Source: Alistipes sp. (GTDB lineage Bacteria > Bacteroidota > Bacteroidia > Bacteroidales > Rikenellaceae). Taken from it: a stretch of DNA of 64,000 nucleotides. The notes beneath the pieces are model-generated. The model made no database searches. It was not told the origin of the DNA and saw only the letters and a program-made list of their open reading frames with translations. The translations under genes and the position numbers were made by a program. The DNA lies in assembly GCA_029060215.1 (NCBI GenBank), contig JAIDUK010000035.1:13235-77234 (forward strand). The letters run 5' to 3'. The stretch's first letter is position 1, and each line of letters begins with the position of its first letter. Shown one piece after another: positions 18,497 to 29,939 of this stretch.

Positions 18497-19060
18497 AAAG
18501 TGAAAAGTGAAATGTGAAAGTGAGAGGTGAAAGGTGAAAGGTGAAAGGTGAAAGTGAAAAGTTATATGTGAAAGGTGGAAAGTGAAAGTGAGAAGTGGAA
18601 AGTGAAAGGTGTCTTGTCATTCTTCACTCCTTTTGTCATTCTGAGGAAAGGCATCGCCTTGACGAAGAATCCGTTTTTCCAACAAAGCAGTTGTTTCACT
18701 GCGTTCAGAATGACATACTGCTGCCCTCTGTCATTGCGAGGAGCGCAGCGAAGAATCTGGTCCGCAGCATCGTCATTGCGAGCGAGTATAACGAGCGTGG
18801 CAATCCGAACAAAACCCACTGCCATCCGACCGCCTGACCGGCATTCTAAGAAACCCGCTCTGTCATTCCGAGAACCCCAGTCAGTCATGTCATTCTTCGC
18901 TCCTCTTGTCATTCTGAGCCCCCCCCCTTGTCATTCTGAGCGCAGCGAAGAATCCGTTTTTCAACAAAGCAGATTCTTCACTTCGTTCAGAATGACATCC
19001 GCTTCCCCTCTCGGACCCTGCCGGGGCGGTCGCGCCATAAGCACGAGCCGGGCGAACCGA
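18497..19060. repeat. GTGAAA(A/G) heptamer tract followed by a mosaic REP-like cluster
   Basis: Tandem GAAAAGT/GAAAGGT units at 18497-18609, then GTCATTCTGAG and GTCATTGCGAG units; modules shared with the 10 kb and 27.5 kb clusters. Confidence 0.9.
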
Positions 19061-19250
19061 AAATTATCCGGACGGCAAAACGACGATTCATTACACCTTA
19101 TCGAATGATTCATTCGGTTTCGGGGCCAGCCGAAACGCCCTTTGCTGCTAAAACGTTTTAACTCGCCTTTCGCTTCGGGCTCTCGGAAAAGCAGACAGCC
19201 GAAACCCCAGCAAGGGTTCCGGCTGTCGAAACGTTCCGCCGAGCAGGCGG

Positions 19251-20012
19251 TTATTCCTGCGCAGGCTCGGGGTCGGCAACGAGGATGCGGCCGCAGTATT
19301 CGCAGATGATAATCTTCTTGCCCTGCCGAATGTCGACCTGACGCTGGGGCGGGATGCGGTTGAAGCAGCCGCCGCAGGCATCGCGCTTGACCGTCACGAC
19401 GGCCAGTCCGTTGTGGACGTTGCGGCGGATGCGTTCGTAGGCCACCAGCAGCCGTTCGTCGATCTTGGCACGGATCTTCTCGGCCTGCGCGCCGAACTCG
19501 GCCACCTGCGGCGCGGTCTCGGCTTCGATGCCTTCCAGTTCGCTCTTCTTGGCTTCCAGATCGGCGGCGCGTTCGCGGCCCGAAGCCTCGGCTTCTTCCA
19601 GCAGCGTTTTCTTGCTCTTGACGCCGGCGGCATACTCCTTCAGGCGCTTCTCGGCCAGTTCGATCTCCAGCTCCTGATACTCGATCTCCTTGGTGATGGC
19701 GTCGAACTCGCGGTTGTTGCGCACGTTGTTCTGCTGCTCCTTGTAGTTGGCGATCATGATCTTGGCCTGATCGGTCTCGCGCTTGCGCTGCTTGGTCAGG
19801 GCGTTGAGCTCCTCGATCTCGGCGTTGATCTTGTCGATACGGGTCTGCATGCCCGCCATCTCGTCCTCGAGGTCCTGCACCTCCAGCGGCAGATCGCCCT
19901 TGACCTTGTTGATCTCGTCGATCCTGCTGTCGATACGCTGCAACTCGTAGAGCGCCAGAATCTTCTCCTGCATCGAGTAATCGGCCTCGGCAGCTTTCTT
20001 CTGTGTAGCCAT
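19251..20012 (-). CDS. Coiled-coil protein with C4 zinc-ribbon (DUF164-like)
   Basis: Long coiled coil, RNNREFDAITKEIE, ACGGCF...ICEYCGRIL. Start MATQKK at 20012. Confidence 0.88.
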   Translation of the reverse strand: MATQKKAAEADYSMQEKILALYELQRIDSRIDEINKVKGDLPLEVQDLEDEMAGMQTRIDKINAEIEELNALTKQRKRETDQAKIMIANYKEQQNNVRNNREFDAITKEIEYQELEIELAEKRLKEYAAGVKSKKTLLEEAEASGRERAADLEAKKSELEGIEAETAPQVAEFGAQAEKIRAKIDERLLVAYERIRRNVHNGLAVVTVKRDACGGCFNRIPPQRQVDIRQGKKIIICEYCGRILVADPEPAQE

Positions 20013-20035
20013 ATGTTGTATGATTTTGAACCTAA

Positions 20036-20821
20036 TTAAACCCAATAGTTCACCGGATTGCGTGCGTGCGCGCTCCTGCGGAGCGCAAAGGTAAGCAAAT
20101 TTTTCGACAAAACATCATCGAGCAGACGAATTGCGCAATATTCGCTCTCGAAATGGCCCGCGTCGGCCACCGTGAGGGCCGAATCGGGGGTCATGAAATC
20201 GTTGTACTTCAGGTCGGCCGTGAGGTAGAAATCGGCTCCGGCGGCCCGGGCCGCCCCGATGAGCGAAGCCCCCGCCCCGGTGCAGACGGCCACACGGCGC
20301 ACCTCGTCGCGGACGATGTCGCTGTGGCGGATCACCCGGGCGCCCAACGTCCTCTGGATCAGCCGCATGAAATCGACCGTAGCCACGGGTGCGGCCAGTT
20401 CGCCGACCACACCGAAGCCCACCTTGCCGTCGGCGTCAGCGGGTTCCAGCACCCGCAGCCGCTCCACTCCCAGCTGCCCGGCCAAGTACCAGCTCATCCC
20501 GCCGGGCGCACTGTCGAGGTTGGTGTGGCAGGCATAGAGCGCAATGCCGCGGCGGATGGCCCGTTCGACGCACCGCTGCACCATGTCGGCCGAGTTAAAA
20601 CGTTTTAGCGCATGGAAAACCACCGGATGATGCGCGATGATCAGGTCGCAGCCCTCGCGCTCGGCTTCGTCCATTACCTCGTCGGTGACGTCGACGGCCA
20701 GCAGGGCTGCATGCACCTCGTCGTCGGGACGTCCGACGATCAGCCCGGCGTTGTCGTAGGATGCCTGCCACGCAAGCGGCGCGAAACGTTCGATGACGTC
20801 GGTTATTTCCTTGATTCTCAT
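20036..20821 (-). CDS. Nif3-like dinuclear metal centre protein
   Basis: YDNAGLIVG, IIAHHPVVF, YACHTNLD, DAGHFESE. Confidence 0.92.
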   Translation of the reverse strand: MRIKEITDVIERFAPLAWQASYDNAGLIVGRPDDEVHAALLAVDVTDEVMDEAEREGCDLIIAHHPVVFHALKRFNSADMVQRCVERAIRRGIALYACHTNLDSAPGGMSWYLAGQLGVERLRVLEPADADGKVGFGVVGELAAPVATVDFMRLIQRTLGARVIRHSDIVRDEVRRVAVCTGAGASLIGAARAAGADFYLTADLKYNDFMTPDSALTVADAGHFESEYCAIRLLDDVLSKNLLTFALRRSAHARNPVNYWV

Positions 20822-20860
20822 TTCGGATATGTGCTCGGCGCCGTCCCCACCCGCTCCGGG

Positions 20861-21676
20861 TCAGAACAGCGATTGTTCGTAAAAGGCGAAAAGTTCCTTG
20901 TTCTCGCCATCCTCGGCCTTGCGGCGGGGACGGCGGGGCGCCCGGGGCTTCTTCTCCGCCGGGGTTTCGGGCGCATCGTCGGGCTCGATCTTCACCACGG
21001 CCTTGCGGCGCGGGCGGGATTCCGATTCGACAGCCGGGGCCTCGATGCCTGCAATATCTTCGGGAGCAGCAACTCCCACCACGCCCGCAACATCCTCCGG
21101 CTCTGCGATTTCCATAGTTTGTTCGGGTTCCGCAGCATCGCCCGCAACGTTCGCCGGCGCAGATGCAGGTTCGGATGCAGGCGCAGGGTCGACAGGGACA
21201 GCCGTTTCGGCCGCCCCGGCCGCATTGGCCTTCCGGACATCGGCCGCAACCGCCGCATCGGTCTCCCGGACATCGGCAGGCGCGGCGAACTCCGCGGCTT
21301 CGGCGGCGAAATCATCGACGGCGACGACCCCCTCGCCGCCCGTCTTGAGGTCCTCGCGCACCTCGACCAGCAGCGCCCGGATATGCCGCAGGCGGGTCAT
21401 CAGCTCGGCTTCGCGCTTGATTTCGTCGCCGGGACCGCCCGCTGCGCGGCGCTTCATAGCCTTTTTGGCCCCCTCGAGGGTCATACCGCGCTCCTTGACC
21501 AGATGGTAGATCACTTTCAGGTTCTCCACATCCTGCGGCGAAAAGAGCCGGTTGCCCTTCTTGTTGCGCTTGGGCTTGAGAATGCTGAACTGCGAATCCC
21601 AGTGGCGGATGAGCGACGTCTTCACGTCGAACATCTCGGCCACCTCGCCCATCGAATAAAATAGTTTCTCAGCCAT
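20861..21676 (-). CDS. MerR-family HTH regulator with long low-complexity C-terminus
   Basis: KLFYSMGEVAEMFDVKTSLIRHWDSQF...GNRLF...GMTLEGAKK. Confidence 0.85.
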   Translation of the reverse strand: MAEKLFYSMGEVAEMFDVKTSLIRHWDSQFSILKPKRNKKGNRLFSPQDVENLKVIYHLVKERGMTLEGAKKAMKRRAAGGPGDEIKREAELMTRLRHIRALLVEVREDLKTGGEGVVAVDDFAAEAAEFAAPADVRETDAAVAADVRKANAAGAAETAVPVDPAPASEPASAPANVAGDAAEPEQTMEIAEPEDVAGVVGVAAPEDIAGIEAPAVESESRPRRKAVVKIEPDDAPETPAEKKPRAPRRPRRKAEDGENKELFAFYEQSLF

Positions 21677-21805
21677 ATTGTCGTTCAATTGCTTTTATAA
21701 CCCGTGTTGCAAAAACATATTCGTCGTTCCAGCCGCTCCGAGCGGGCTTTCCCCGCTGCCATTTTGGAGAAGTCATAAGCCCCGGCGAAGAATGGCAGAA
21801 TCATA

Positions 21806-22023
21806 GATTCTTAACTGCGCTGCGCTCCTCGCAATGACGATGCTGAGAACAGATTCTTCGCTGCGCTCAGAATGACAGAGGGATGGGACTGAATGCCGAT
21901 TAAAACGATTTATTACGCAGCTAAAACGTTTTAATCGACGTTTGTGCCTTCTTGCCGTTTATCTCTCACTTCTCACTTCTCACTTTCCACCTTTCACTTT
22001 TAACTTTTCACCTTTCACTTTTC
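21806..22023. repeat. Composite REP / 14-mer hairpin / heptamer element, near copy of 10682-10918
   Basis: Same module order and near-identical sequence to the 10.7 kb copy. Confidence 0.88.
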
Positions 22024-23390
22024 AAAATCCTCAGCGAAGCAGGATAGAGGTTGTTCACCCGGCCGCCGATGCGTTTGGCGAAGCCCAGCGCACGCCCCTC
22101 GCAGCAGATCAGGTTCATCCCCTCGGCCAATGCGTCGGGCCGCACCTCGGCCTTGCGCAGGTAATCGACGGCTCGCTCCGGATCGAACTCCGCCGCAGGC
22201 ACCGCCGAGCGGTCGAGCCCGGCAAAAAAAGCCAGCGCGGGGTCGGGTTTGAGCCGCCCCTTGAACAACTGCCCCATCGCCACGCCCGAGCAGATGACGG
22301 GCAGCACCTCGGAGAGCGTCCGCACGGCATCGGCCTGTGCGGCGGGCCAGCCGTAGAACGTGTCGCCGATGGCTGCGAAGCGCATCGCGGCAGGCTCCTG
22401 CACCCACCGGCCCAACTCGGCCACGGCGCTCTTGTCGGCCTGCCCGAAGAGCGTCCGGCGGGCCTTGGGGCTGCGCATCCGGGCGTCGAGCTCCGGATCC
22501 TTGCAGGCCACGGCAGCGAAAAAGCCCTCGCCGCAAGCCCGGTGCGGAAAAAAGCGGTAGGTACGGAACGCCCCGACCCGCCCGCAGACGATGCCCCATT
22601 CTGACCCAACCTCGGGCACGGGGGCCTCGGCCGCTTCGTCGCCCGCCCACGCGAGCATCCGTTCGAGCGAACCTTCGTCCTCGTCGCGGTTGAAGGTGCA
22701 GGTGCTGTATATCAACCGGCCGCCGGGTTTCAGCGCCCGCCATGCTTCGCGCAGAATGGCGTCCTGCCGCGCGGCGCACACCCGGACGCTGCTCTCGCTC
22801 CACTCGCCGCGCGAAGCGGGGTCCTTGCGGAACATCCCCTCGCCCGAACACGGCGCGTCGACGGCCACGACGTCGAACCAATTCTCCAACTCGCCCAACG
22901 CCTTGGGCTCGCAGGCGGTGACCGCCACGTTGCCTGTGCCCCATTTACGGACGTTGTCGGCCAGCACCGAAGCGCGGCGGCGGTCGATCTCGTTGGCCAC
23001 GACCAACCCCTCGGGGCCCGCGAGCGAGGCATACAAAGTCGTCTTGCCGCCGGGAGCGGCGCAAAGGTCGAGCACGCGTCGGCCGGCGAGGTCGCCCGCC
23101 AACAACCCGACGAACTGCGAAGCGGCTTCCTGCACGTAATAAGCCCCGGCATGGAACGCCGGGTCGAACGTAAACTGCGGCCGCGCGCCCAGATACCACC
23201 CGTCGGCGCACCACGGCACCTGCCCGACGGCACCCAACCGCTGCGACAGAACCACGGCGTCGCCGCACTTGGCGGGATTCAGCCGGATGCTCACGGGCGG
23301 CACGCTGTCGAGCGCTGCGCAAAGCGCGGCCCCCTCTTCGGGCCCGAGGTCGCGGGCGACGCGCCCGACGAAAGCGACGGGAAGCTCCAT
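22008..23390 (-). CDS. RsmB/NOP2-family (RsmF-like) RNA cytosine methyltransferase
   Basis: YYVQEAASQ, LDLCAAPGGKT, VDAPCSGEGMFRK, YSTCTF. Start MELPV at 23390. Confidence 0.92.
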   Translation of the reverse strand: MELPVAFVGRVARDLGPEEGAALCAALDSVPPVSIRLNPAKCGDAVVLSQRLGAVGQVPWCADGWYLGARPQFTFDPAFHAGAYYVQEAASQFVGLLAGDLAGRRVLDLCAAPGGKTTLYASLAGPEGLVVANEIDRRRASVLADNVRKWGTGNVAVTACEPKALGELENWFDVVAVDAPCSGEGMFRKDPASRGEWSESSVRVCAARQDAILREAWRALKPGGRLIYSTCTFNRDEDEGSLERMLAWAGDEAAEAPVPEVGSEWGIVCGRVGAFRTYRFFPHRACGEGFFAAVACKDPELDARMRSPKARRTLFGQADKSAVAELGRWVQEPAAMRFAAIGDTFYGWPAAQADAVRTLSEVLPVICSGVAMGQLFKGRLKPDPALAFFAGLDRSAVPAAEFDPERAVDYLRKAEVRPDALAEGMNLICCEGRALGFAKRIGGRVNNLYPASLRILKSER

Positions 23391-23391
23391 G

Positions 23392-24003
23392 CTATTTGAC
23401 CCCGAGGGCGTCGATGCGGGCGCAGATCCGCTCGAACACGGCGGCATCCGAGACGAAATCCTCGTGGTCCTTGTCGATCACGAGCATGTCGCCCTCGTAG
23501 ATATGGTCGATCCAATGGTTGTACTTGTTGTTGAGCCGCCGCAGGTAAGCCTCGTCGATGTTCATCTCGTAATCGCGCCCGCGCTTGCGGATCTGCGAAA
23601 TGAGCGTCGGAACGCTGGCCTTGAGGTAGATCAGCAGGTCGGGCCGCGGAATCAAAGTGGTGATCAACCGGAAAATCTTCATGTAAGTCTCGATGTCGCG
23701 CGACGACATGAGCCCCATTTCATGCAGGTTGTCGGCGAAGATGTGGGCGTCCTCGTAGATGGTCCTGTCTTGGAAGATGATCCCCGCCCGACTGTCGTCG
23801 AGCATCTCCATGGTCTGCTGGATCCGGCTCCCGAGGAACGAAATCTGAAGGTTGAACGACCAACGGTTCATGTCGTTGTAGAAGTCGCCTATGTAAGGAT
23901 TGTCGCTCTCCTCGTAATAGGCTTTGGCGCTGTAGCGCTCGGTCAGCATTTGGGTCAGCGTGGTCTTCCCGCTTCCGATGTTTCCGGCAATGGCAATATA
24001 CAT
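23392..24003 (-). CDS. Deoxynucleoside kinase
   Basis: IAGNIGSGKTT, FQDRTIYED, PDLLIYL. Confidence 0.92.
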   Translation of the reverse strand: MYIAIAGNIGSGKTTLTQMLTERYSAKAYYEESDNPYIGDFYNDMNRWSFNLQISFLGSRIQQTMEMLDDSRAGIIFQDRTIYEDAHIFADNLHEMGLMSSRDIETYMKIFRLITTLIPRPDLLIYLKASVPTLISQIRKRGRDYEMNIDEAYLRRLNNKYNHWIDHIYEGDMLVIDKDHEDFVSDAAVFERICARIDALGVK

Positions 24004-24079
24004 TATAATTAAGAATTAAAATCCAAAATCATGCAGCGGCGTTCGGGCGGCCCGTTGCGGGAACCTTTCGGGCCGGACC

Positions 24080-25558
24080 TCAAACCCGAGCCCTCTCCGC
24101 CATGAACGCGTGCAGGTCGTCGGCCACGCGGCGGTCGTTGACCAACCGCGGCACCTTGTTCTTGCCCCGGGCCCGCATCCAAGCCAAGAACGTACCGGGC
24201 TCGACGAGCGTGAGGTGCTGGCGCTCGAGGGTGGTCTGGCGCTTGGCATCGTAGTCGGAATTGACGCTGCGCAACGCCCGGTCGAGCTCCCCGGCGAAAA
24301 GCTCCGCATCGGCGGGCATGCGCTCGAACTCCACGAACCACTCGTGGGCGCCCCGCTCGCTGAGCGACATGTAGAGCGGCGCCACGCTGTACTCGGCGAC
24401 GAGGGCCCCCGATGCGGCGCAAGCCGCGGCCAAGGCCCGGTCGGCGTTGTCGACGATGAGCTCCTCGCCGAAGACGTTGATATACTGCCTTGTACGCCCG
24501 GCGAAACGGATGCGGTAGGGGTCGGTCGAAGTGAACTCGACGCGGTCGCCGATCTCGTAGCGCCACAGACCGTTGTCGGAAGTGACGAGCATGGCGTAGC
24601 TCCGCCCTTTCTCGACCCCCTCCAACGGCACGACGCAATCGCCGTCGCGGAACTCGAAGTAAGTACCGTAGTCGAGCATCAACAACATGTCGTCGCGCTG
24701 CGGATCGTCGGCCAAGGCGAAGAACCCCTCGGAAGCGTTGTAAGTCTCCATGTAACGCATGCCGGACGAAGGGATCAAGGCCTCGAACGACCGGCGGTAG
24801 GGGGCGAACTCGACGCCCCCGTGGGCGAAGAGCTCCAGATCGGGCCACACCTCCAAGAGGTTGCTTTTGCCGGTGAACTCCAACACGCGCCGCATGAGGG
24901 CGAGGTTCCACGAAGGCACCCCGGCGAAAGCCACGATATGCTGGCCTGCGCACTCGCGGGCGATGGCCTCGGCCTTGCGGTCGAAATCGGGGATGGTCGC
25001 CGTGGCGCTGCGGGGAGCCCGGATCCAACGGCTGACGAACGCCGTTTCGCGGATCAGAATGGCGGAAAGGTCGCCCACGAGATTGCGCCCCTCGCGGCGG
25101 CACGAACCGCCCAAAGTGAGGGTCTTGCCGTCGAAGAGCCGGGTCCGGGGATCGGCCGAAGCGACGAGCGTCGCCAAATCGCGCATGCCGAGCGTATGGT
25201 TTTTCCAAAGCGACTCGCGGGTGACGGGGATATACTTGCTGCGGTCGGAAGTGGTGCCCGACGACCGGGCGAAGAGGTCGACCCGGCCGGGAGCGGCGAC
25301 GTCGCGCTCGCCGTCGAGCATACGGCCGATCCACGGCTTGAAGGTCTCGTAATCGAAGACGGGCACGGCGGCGCGGAACTGCTCGGGCGTGCGGACCTCC
25401 GACAACCCGAACTGCCGGCCCAACGCCGTACGGCGGCCCCGCTCCAACGCCATGCGGAACATCCGCTCCTGCGTCTGGGCGGGGCAGCGGCGGAACCGGT
25501 CGATGGCCCGCGCGCGGCGCGAAAACCAAGCCCTGCATATGGAACTGCGCAATGACAC
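24080..25558 (-). CDS. GH3 (auxin-responsive promoter) family acyl-adenylate-type protein
   Basis: FARSSGTTSDRSKYIP, YMETYNASEGFF, NGLWRYEIGD, INVFGEELI, KVPRL. Confidence 0.88.
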   Translation of the reverse strand: MSLRSSICRAWFSRRARAIDRFRRCPAQTQERMFRMALERGRRTALGRQFGLSEVRTPEQFRAAVPVFDYETFKPWIGRMLDGERDVAAPGRVDLFARSSGTTSDRSKYIPVTRESLWKNHTLGMRDLATLVASADPRTRLFDGKTLTLGGSCRREGRNLVGDLSAILIRETAFVSRWIRAPRSATATIPDFDRKAEAIARECAGQHIVAFAGVPSWNLALMRRVLEFTGKSNLLEVWPDLELFAHGGVEFAPYRRSFEALIPSSGMRYMETYNASEGFFALADDPQRDDMLLMLDYGTYFEFRDGDCVVPLEGVEKGRSYAMLVTSDNGLWRYEIGDRVEFTSTDPYRIRFAGRTRQYINVFGEELIVDNADRALAAACAASGALVAEYSVAPLYMSLSERGAHEWFVEFERMPADAELFAGELDRALRSVNSDYDAKRQTTLERQHLTLVEPGTFLAWMRARGKNKVPRLVNDRRVADDLHAFMAERARV

Positions 25559-25571
25559 CTCTGCTGCTATG

Positions 25572-26912
25572 CTAATTGAAGAAATAACCTACCTTGCTCA
25601 CCGATGCGGGCATGGCGAAGATCACCACCCGGTCGTAGGGGTTGACCTCCATGTTGCCCACGGCGATGAAAGCCTTGTCGCCGCGGACGATGCCCCCGAC
25701 GATGACATCCTCGGGAAGCCCCCAATCGCGGATGCGCGCCTTGGTGGCGGGCGAATTGGGCTTGACGATGAACTCCAGCACCTCGGCCTCGCTGCCGGTG
25801 AGGCACTTGATGGCCTGCACGTCGGTGGACATGGTGAAGCGGAAGATGTTGGACGCCGTGACGAGCTTCTTGTTGATGATCGTGTCGATGCCGATCGACT
25901 CGGCGAGGTCGATGTAATTGAGGTTCTCGACCTCGGCGATGACCTTCTTGACCCCCATCTGCCGGGCGAGCATGGCGGCCAGAATATTGGTCTCGCTGCG
26001 CCCGGTGACGGCCACGAAGGCATCCATGTTGGCCAGACCCTCCTCGAGCATGGCCTCGGTATTGCGCCCGTCCTCGTTGATGATGAGCGTCTTGTCGAGC
26101 ATCTCGGCGAGCTTGTAGGCCTTGTCGGCGCTGTAATCGACCAACTTGATGTTGACCTCGTTCTGCAACTCGGCGGCGATGCGGATGCCGATGCGCGACC
26201 CGCCGAGGATCATCATGTTCTTGATCTCGACGTTGGTGCGCCCGGAGAACTCCATCACCTCGGCCACGGCATCCTGCCGGGCGATGATGTAGACCACGTC
26301 GCCCTCCATGAGCCGCTCGCCGCTGCGGGGGATGATGGTCTGCCCGCTGCGGGTGACGGCGACGGTGCGGTAACCGGGCGACGCGTCGCTGTCGTCGGGC
26401 AGCCCGAGCTCGCTGCCGATGAGCGGCGAAGCCGCCTCGAGCCGGAAGACGACCAGCGAGAGCTTGCCGCTCGAAAAATCGACGTACTCGGTGGAAGCCG
26501 TATGCCCCAACAGGTTGATGACCTCGCGGGCGGCGACCTTCTCGGGGTAGAAGAGGTAATCGATGCCCATGTCGATGAAGACCTCCTTGTTGTTGGGCTC
26601 GAGGTACTCGTTGTTGTCGATGCGGGCGATGGACTTGCGCGCCCCGAGCTTCTTGGCGAGCATGGCGGCGACGATGTTGTCGTTCTCCTCGTGGTTGACG
26701 GCGATGAAGAGATCGCACCGCCGCACGGCCGCGCGGCGAAGCACGGCGAAGGTGGTGGAATCGCCCTCGACGGTGATGACGTCGGCCAGACTGCCCACCT
26801 CCGAGAGGAGCTTCTGGTCGCTGTCGACGATGGTGATGTCGTGGCCGTGGCCGCTCAACATCCGGGCCAGATGGCTGCCCATCTCGCCCGCACCCGCTAT
26901 CACGATTTTCAT
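25572..26912 (-). CDS. trkA: Trk K+ uptake regulatory subunit
   Basis: MKIVIAGAGEMG and a second RCK domain (ILGGSRIG). Start at 26912. Confidence 0.93.
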   Translation of the reverse strand: MKIVIAGAGEMGSHLARMLSGHGHDITIVDSDQKLLSEVGSLADVITVEGDSTTFAVLRRAAVRRCDLFIAVNHEENDNIVAAMLAKKLGARKSIARIDNNEYLEPNNKEVFIDMGIDYLFYPEKVAAREVINLLGHTASTEYVDFSSGKLSLVVFRLEAASPLIGSELGLPDDSDASPGYRTVAVTRSGQTIIPRSGERLMEGDVVYIIARQDAVAEVMEFSGRTNVEIKNMMILGGSRIGIRIAAELQNEVNIKLVDYSADKAYKLAEMLDKTLIINEDGRNTEAMLEEGLANMDAFVAVTGRSETNILAAMLARQMGVKKVIAEVENLNYIDLAESIGIDTIINKKLVTASNIFRFTMSTDVQAIKCLTGSEAEVLEFIVKPNSPATKARIRDWGLPEDVIVGGIVRGDKAFIAVGNMEVNPYDRVVIFAMPASVSKVGYFFN

Positions 26913-26980
26913 GCGCTGCTTCTGTTCAGGCCCGGCCGAACCCCGTCGGCTCCGCACGGACACGATTTTGCAATTTATCT

Positions 26981-27000
26981 GACAAATGTATACATTTGTC
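26981..27000. promoter_or_regulatory. Perfect 20-bp palindrome made of two back-to-back -7 promoter elements
   Basis: GACAAATGTATACATTTGTC gives TAcaTTTG on both strands between divergent genes. Confidence 0.65.
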
Positions 27001-27039
27001 GGCGAAAGCCAAAATTTCGGCAGCTAAAAATCCAATATT

Positions 27040-27300
27040 ATGCCAACGTGGACGATCGTCGTACTTTGCGCAGCGGGAGCCGTGGGGTTTTTCGTACTGG
27101 GCATGTCGCTGACCCTGATGATCAAGGGCCATCCCATCGACTCCGAAATCTCGACCAACAAGAACATGCAGCGGCTGGGGATCAAATGCGCCGTGCAGGA
27201 GACCCGCGAAGCCGACGGCACGGCCGACTGCGCCCCCGACACGGCGCAACCGGGCTGCACGGGTAACTGCGGCGCCTGCGACATACAGCACAAGGAATAG
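27040..27300 (+). CDS. Small membrane protein with Cys-rich C-terminus
   Basis: N-terminal TM helix, NKNMQRLGIKCA, GCTGNCGAC; -7 element upstream. Confidence 0.7.
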   Translation: MPTWTIVVLCAAGAVGFFVLGMSLTLMIKGHPIDSEISTNKNMQRLGIKCAVQETREADGTADCAPDTAQPGCTGNCGACDIQHKE

Positions 27301-27329
27301 CGAAGGGATTGCATCCGGGCCGCTTATCA

Positions 27330-27775
27330 TTCCACCGCCGTTTTCCGGGCCCTCTGCTGCCATTCTGCGGAGCCCTCGCCCTGTCTTCTGAACTCCTTTT
27401 GCCATTCTGAGGAGCCCAGCCCGCCACGTCATTCTGAGCGATAGCGAAGAATCTATAACCGAACAAACTATACAGATGTTTCACTACGTTCAACATGACA
27501 TACTGCCGCTCTGTGTCATTCTGAAGGGCCCAGCTCACTACGTCATTCTGAGCGATAGCGAAGAATCTATAACTGAACAAACTATACAGATGTTTCACTA
27601 CGTTCAACATGACATACTACGACCCTTTTGTCATTCTGAGGAAAAGGCATCGCCTTGACGAAGAATCCGTTTTCCAACAAAGCAGATTCTTCACTTCGTT
27701 CAGAATGACATCCGCCGCAGCCGCTGGCGGACCCGGCCGGGATGGTCGCGCCATAAGCACGAGCCGGGCGCCGTG
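27330..27775. repeat. Mosaic REP-like cluster with an internal direct duplication
   Basis: An approximately 80-bp block (GTCATTCTGAGCGATAGCGAAGAATCT...AACATGACATACT) occurs twice and also inverted near 10440-10520. Confidence 0.88.
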
Positions 27776-27941
27776 TATTACTTAGTCTTGTCTTGCTAAA
27801 ACGTTTTAGCGGGACGAGCCGTGCGAACCGCGGAAAATCGAACTGAAGGACGGGCGGGGAGCCGAGGAAAACCGGGCTGCGGGAAACAAAAAACAGCGGC
27901 CGGGAAACCGGCCGCCGTAGAATCGGAAAGACCCCAGCCTG

Positions 27942-28403
27942 CTAAATCAGCAAAGTACCGTCGGGCAGGATGTCGATCTCCGTATCCCGGTCGGAAGCGG
28001 GGTTGTCCAACTCGAAACGGTACCACTCGCGCGCAGGGCTCGCATAATGATCGACCTCGTCGATCCTCCAAGTCCCGTACTGCGACGCGCGCAACGCATC
28101 CAATACGACGGCCGGGACGTCGCTCGAACGGATCTCGGTTTTGGTCTCCACCCACTGGTCGGCCGTGTCGAAACGCACCTCGCGCACGGTAGTGCCGTCG
28201 ACGATCTCGACCTCGAGCGAATAGAACGGATTGCGCTCGCGCTCGCCCCCGACGATGCGGGCGCCGGGATACTGCTGCGCGATGAACTCGGTCACGGCCT
28301 GCGGAAGCTGCCGGGGAAGCAGATGCTCGTCGTGGTCGTCGCTGCAAGCCCACATGGCTCCGGCTGCAAAGAACGCCAAGAGCCCGATTGCAAATTTTTT
28401 CAT
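27942..28403 (-). CDS. PepSY-like (BLIP-like) periplasmic lipoprotein
   Basis: Lipobox MWAC-SDD; two repeats of the LP.AV..FI...YPG / VP..V...L...Y type. Confidence 0.75.
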   Translation of the reverse strand: MKKFAIGLLAFFAAGAMWACSDDHDEHLLPRQLPQAVTEFIAQQYPGARIVGGERERNPFYSLEVEIVDGTTVREVRFDTADQWVETKTEIRSSDVPAVVLDALRASQYGTWRIDEVDHYASPAREWYRFELDNPASDRDTEIDILPDGTLLI

Positions 28404-28491
28404 GTTGTAGATTCGTTATGGTTGATCCGGAATCCTATCAAAAAAGCGGCCGTTCGTCCCGGACATGGCGGACGGGGTTTGCTAAAACGTT

Positions 28492-29928
<1,437 letters not shown>

Positions 29929-29939
29929 GTGTCTTTATA

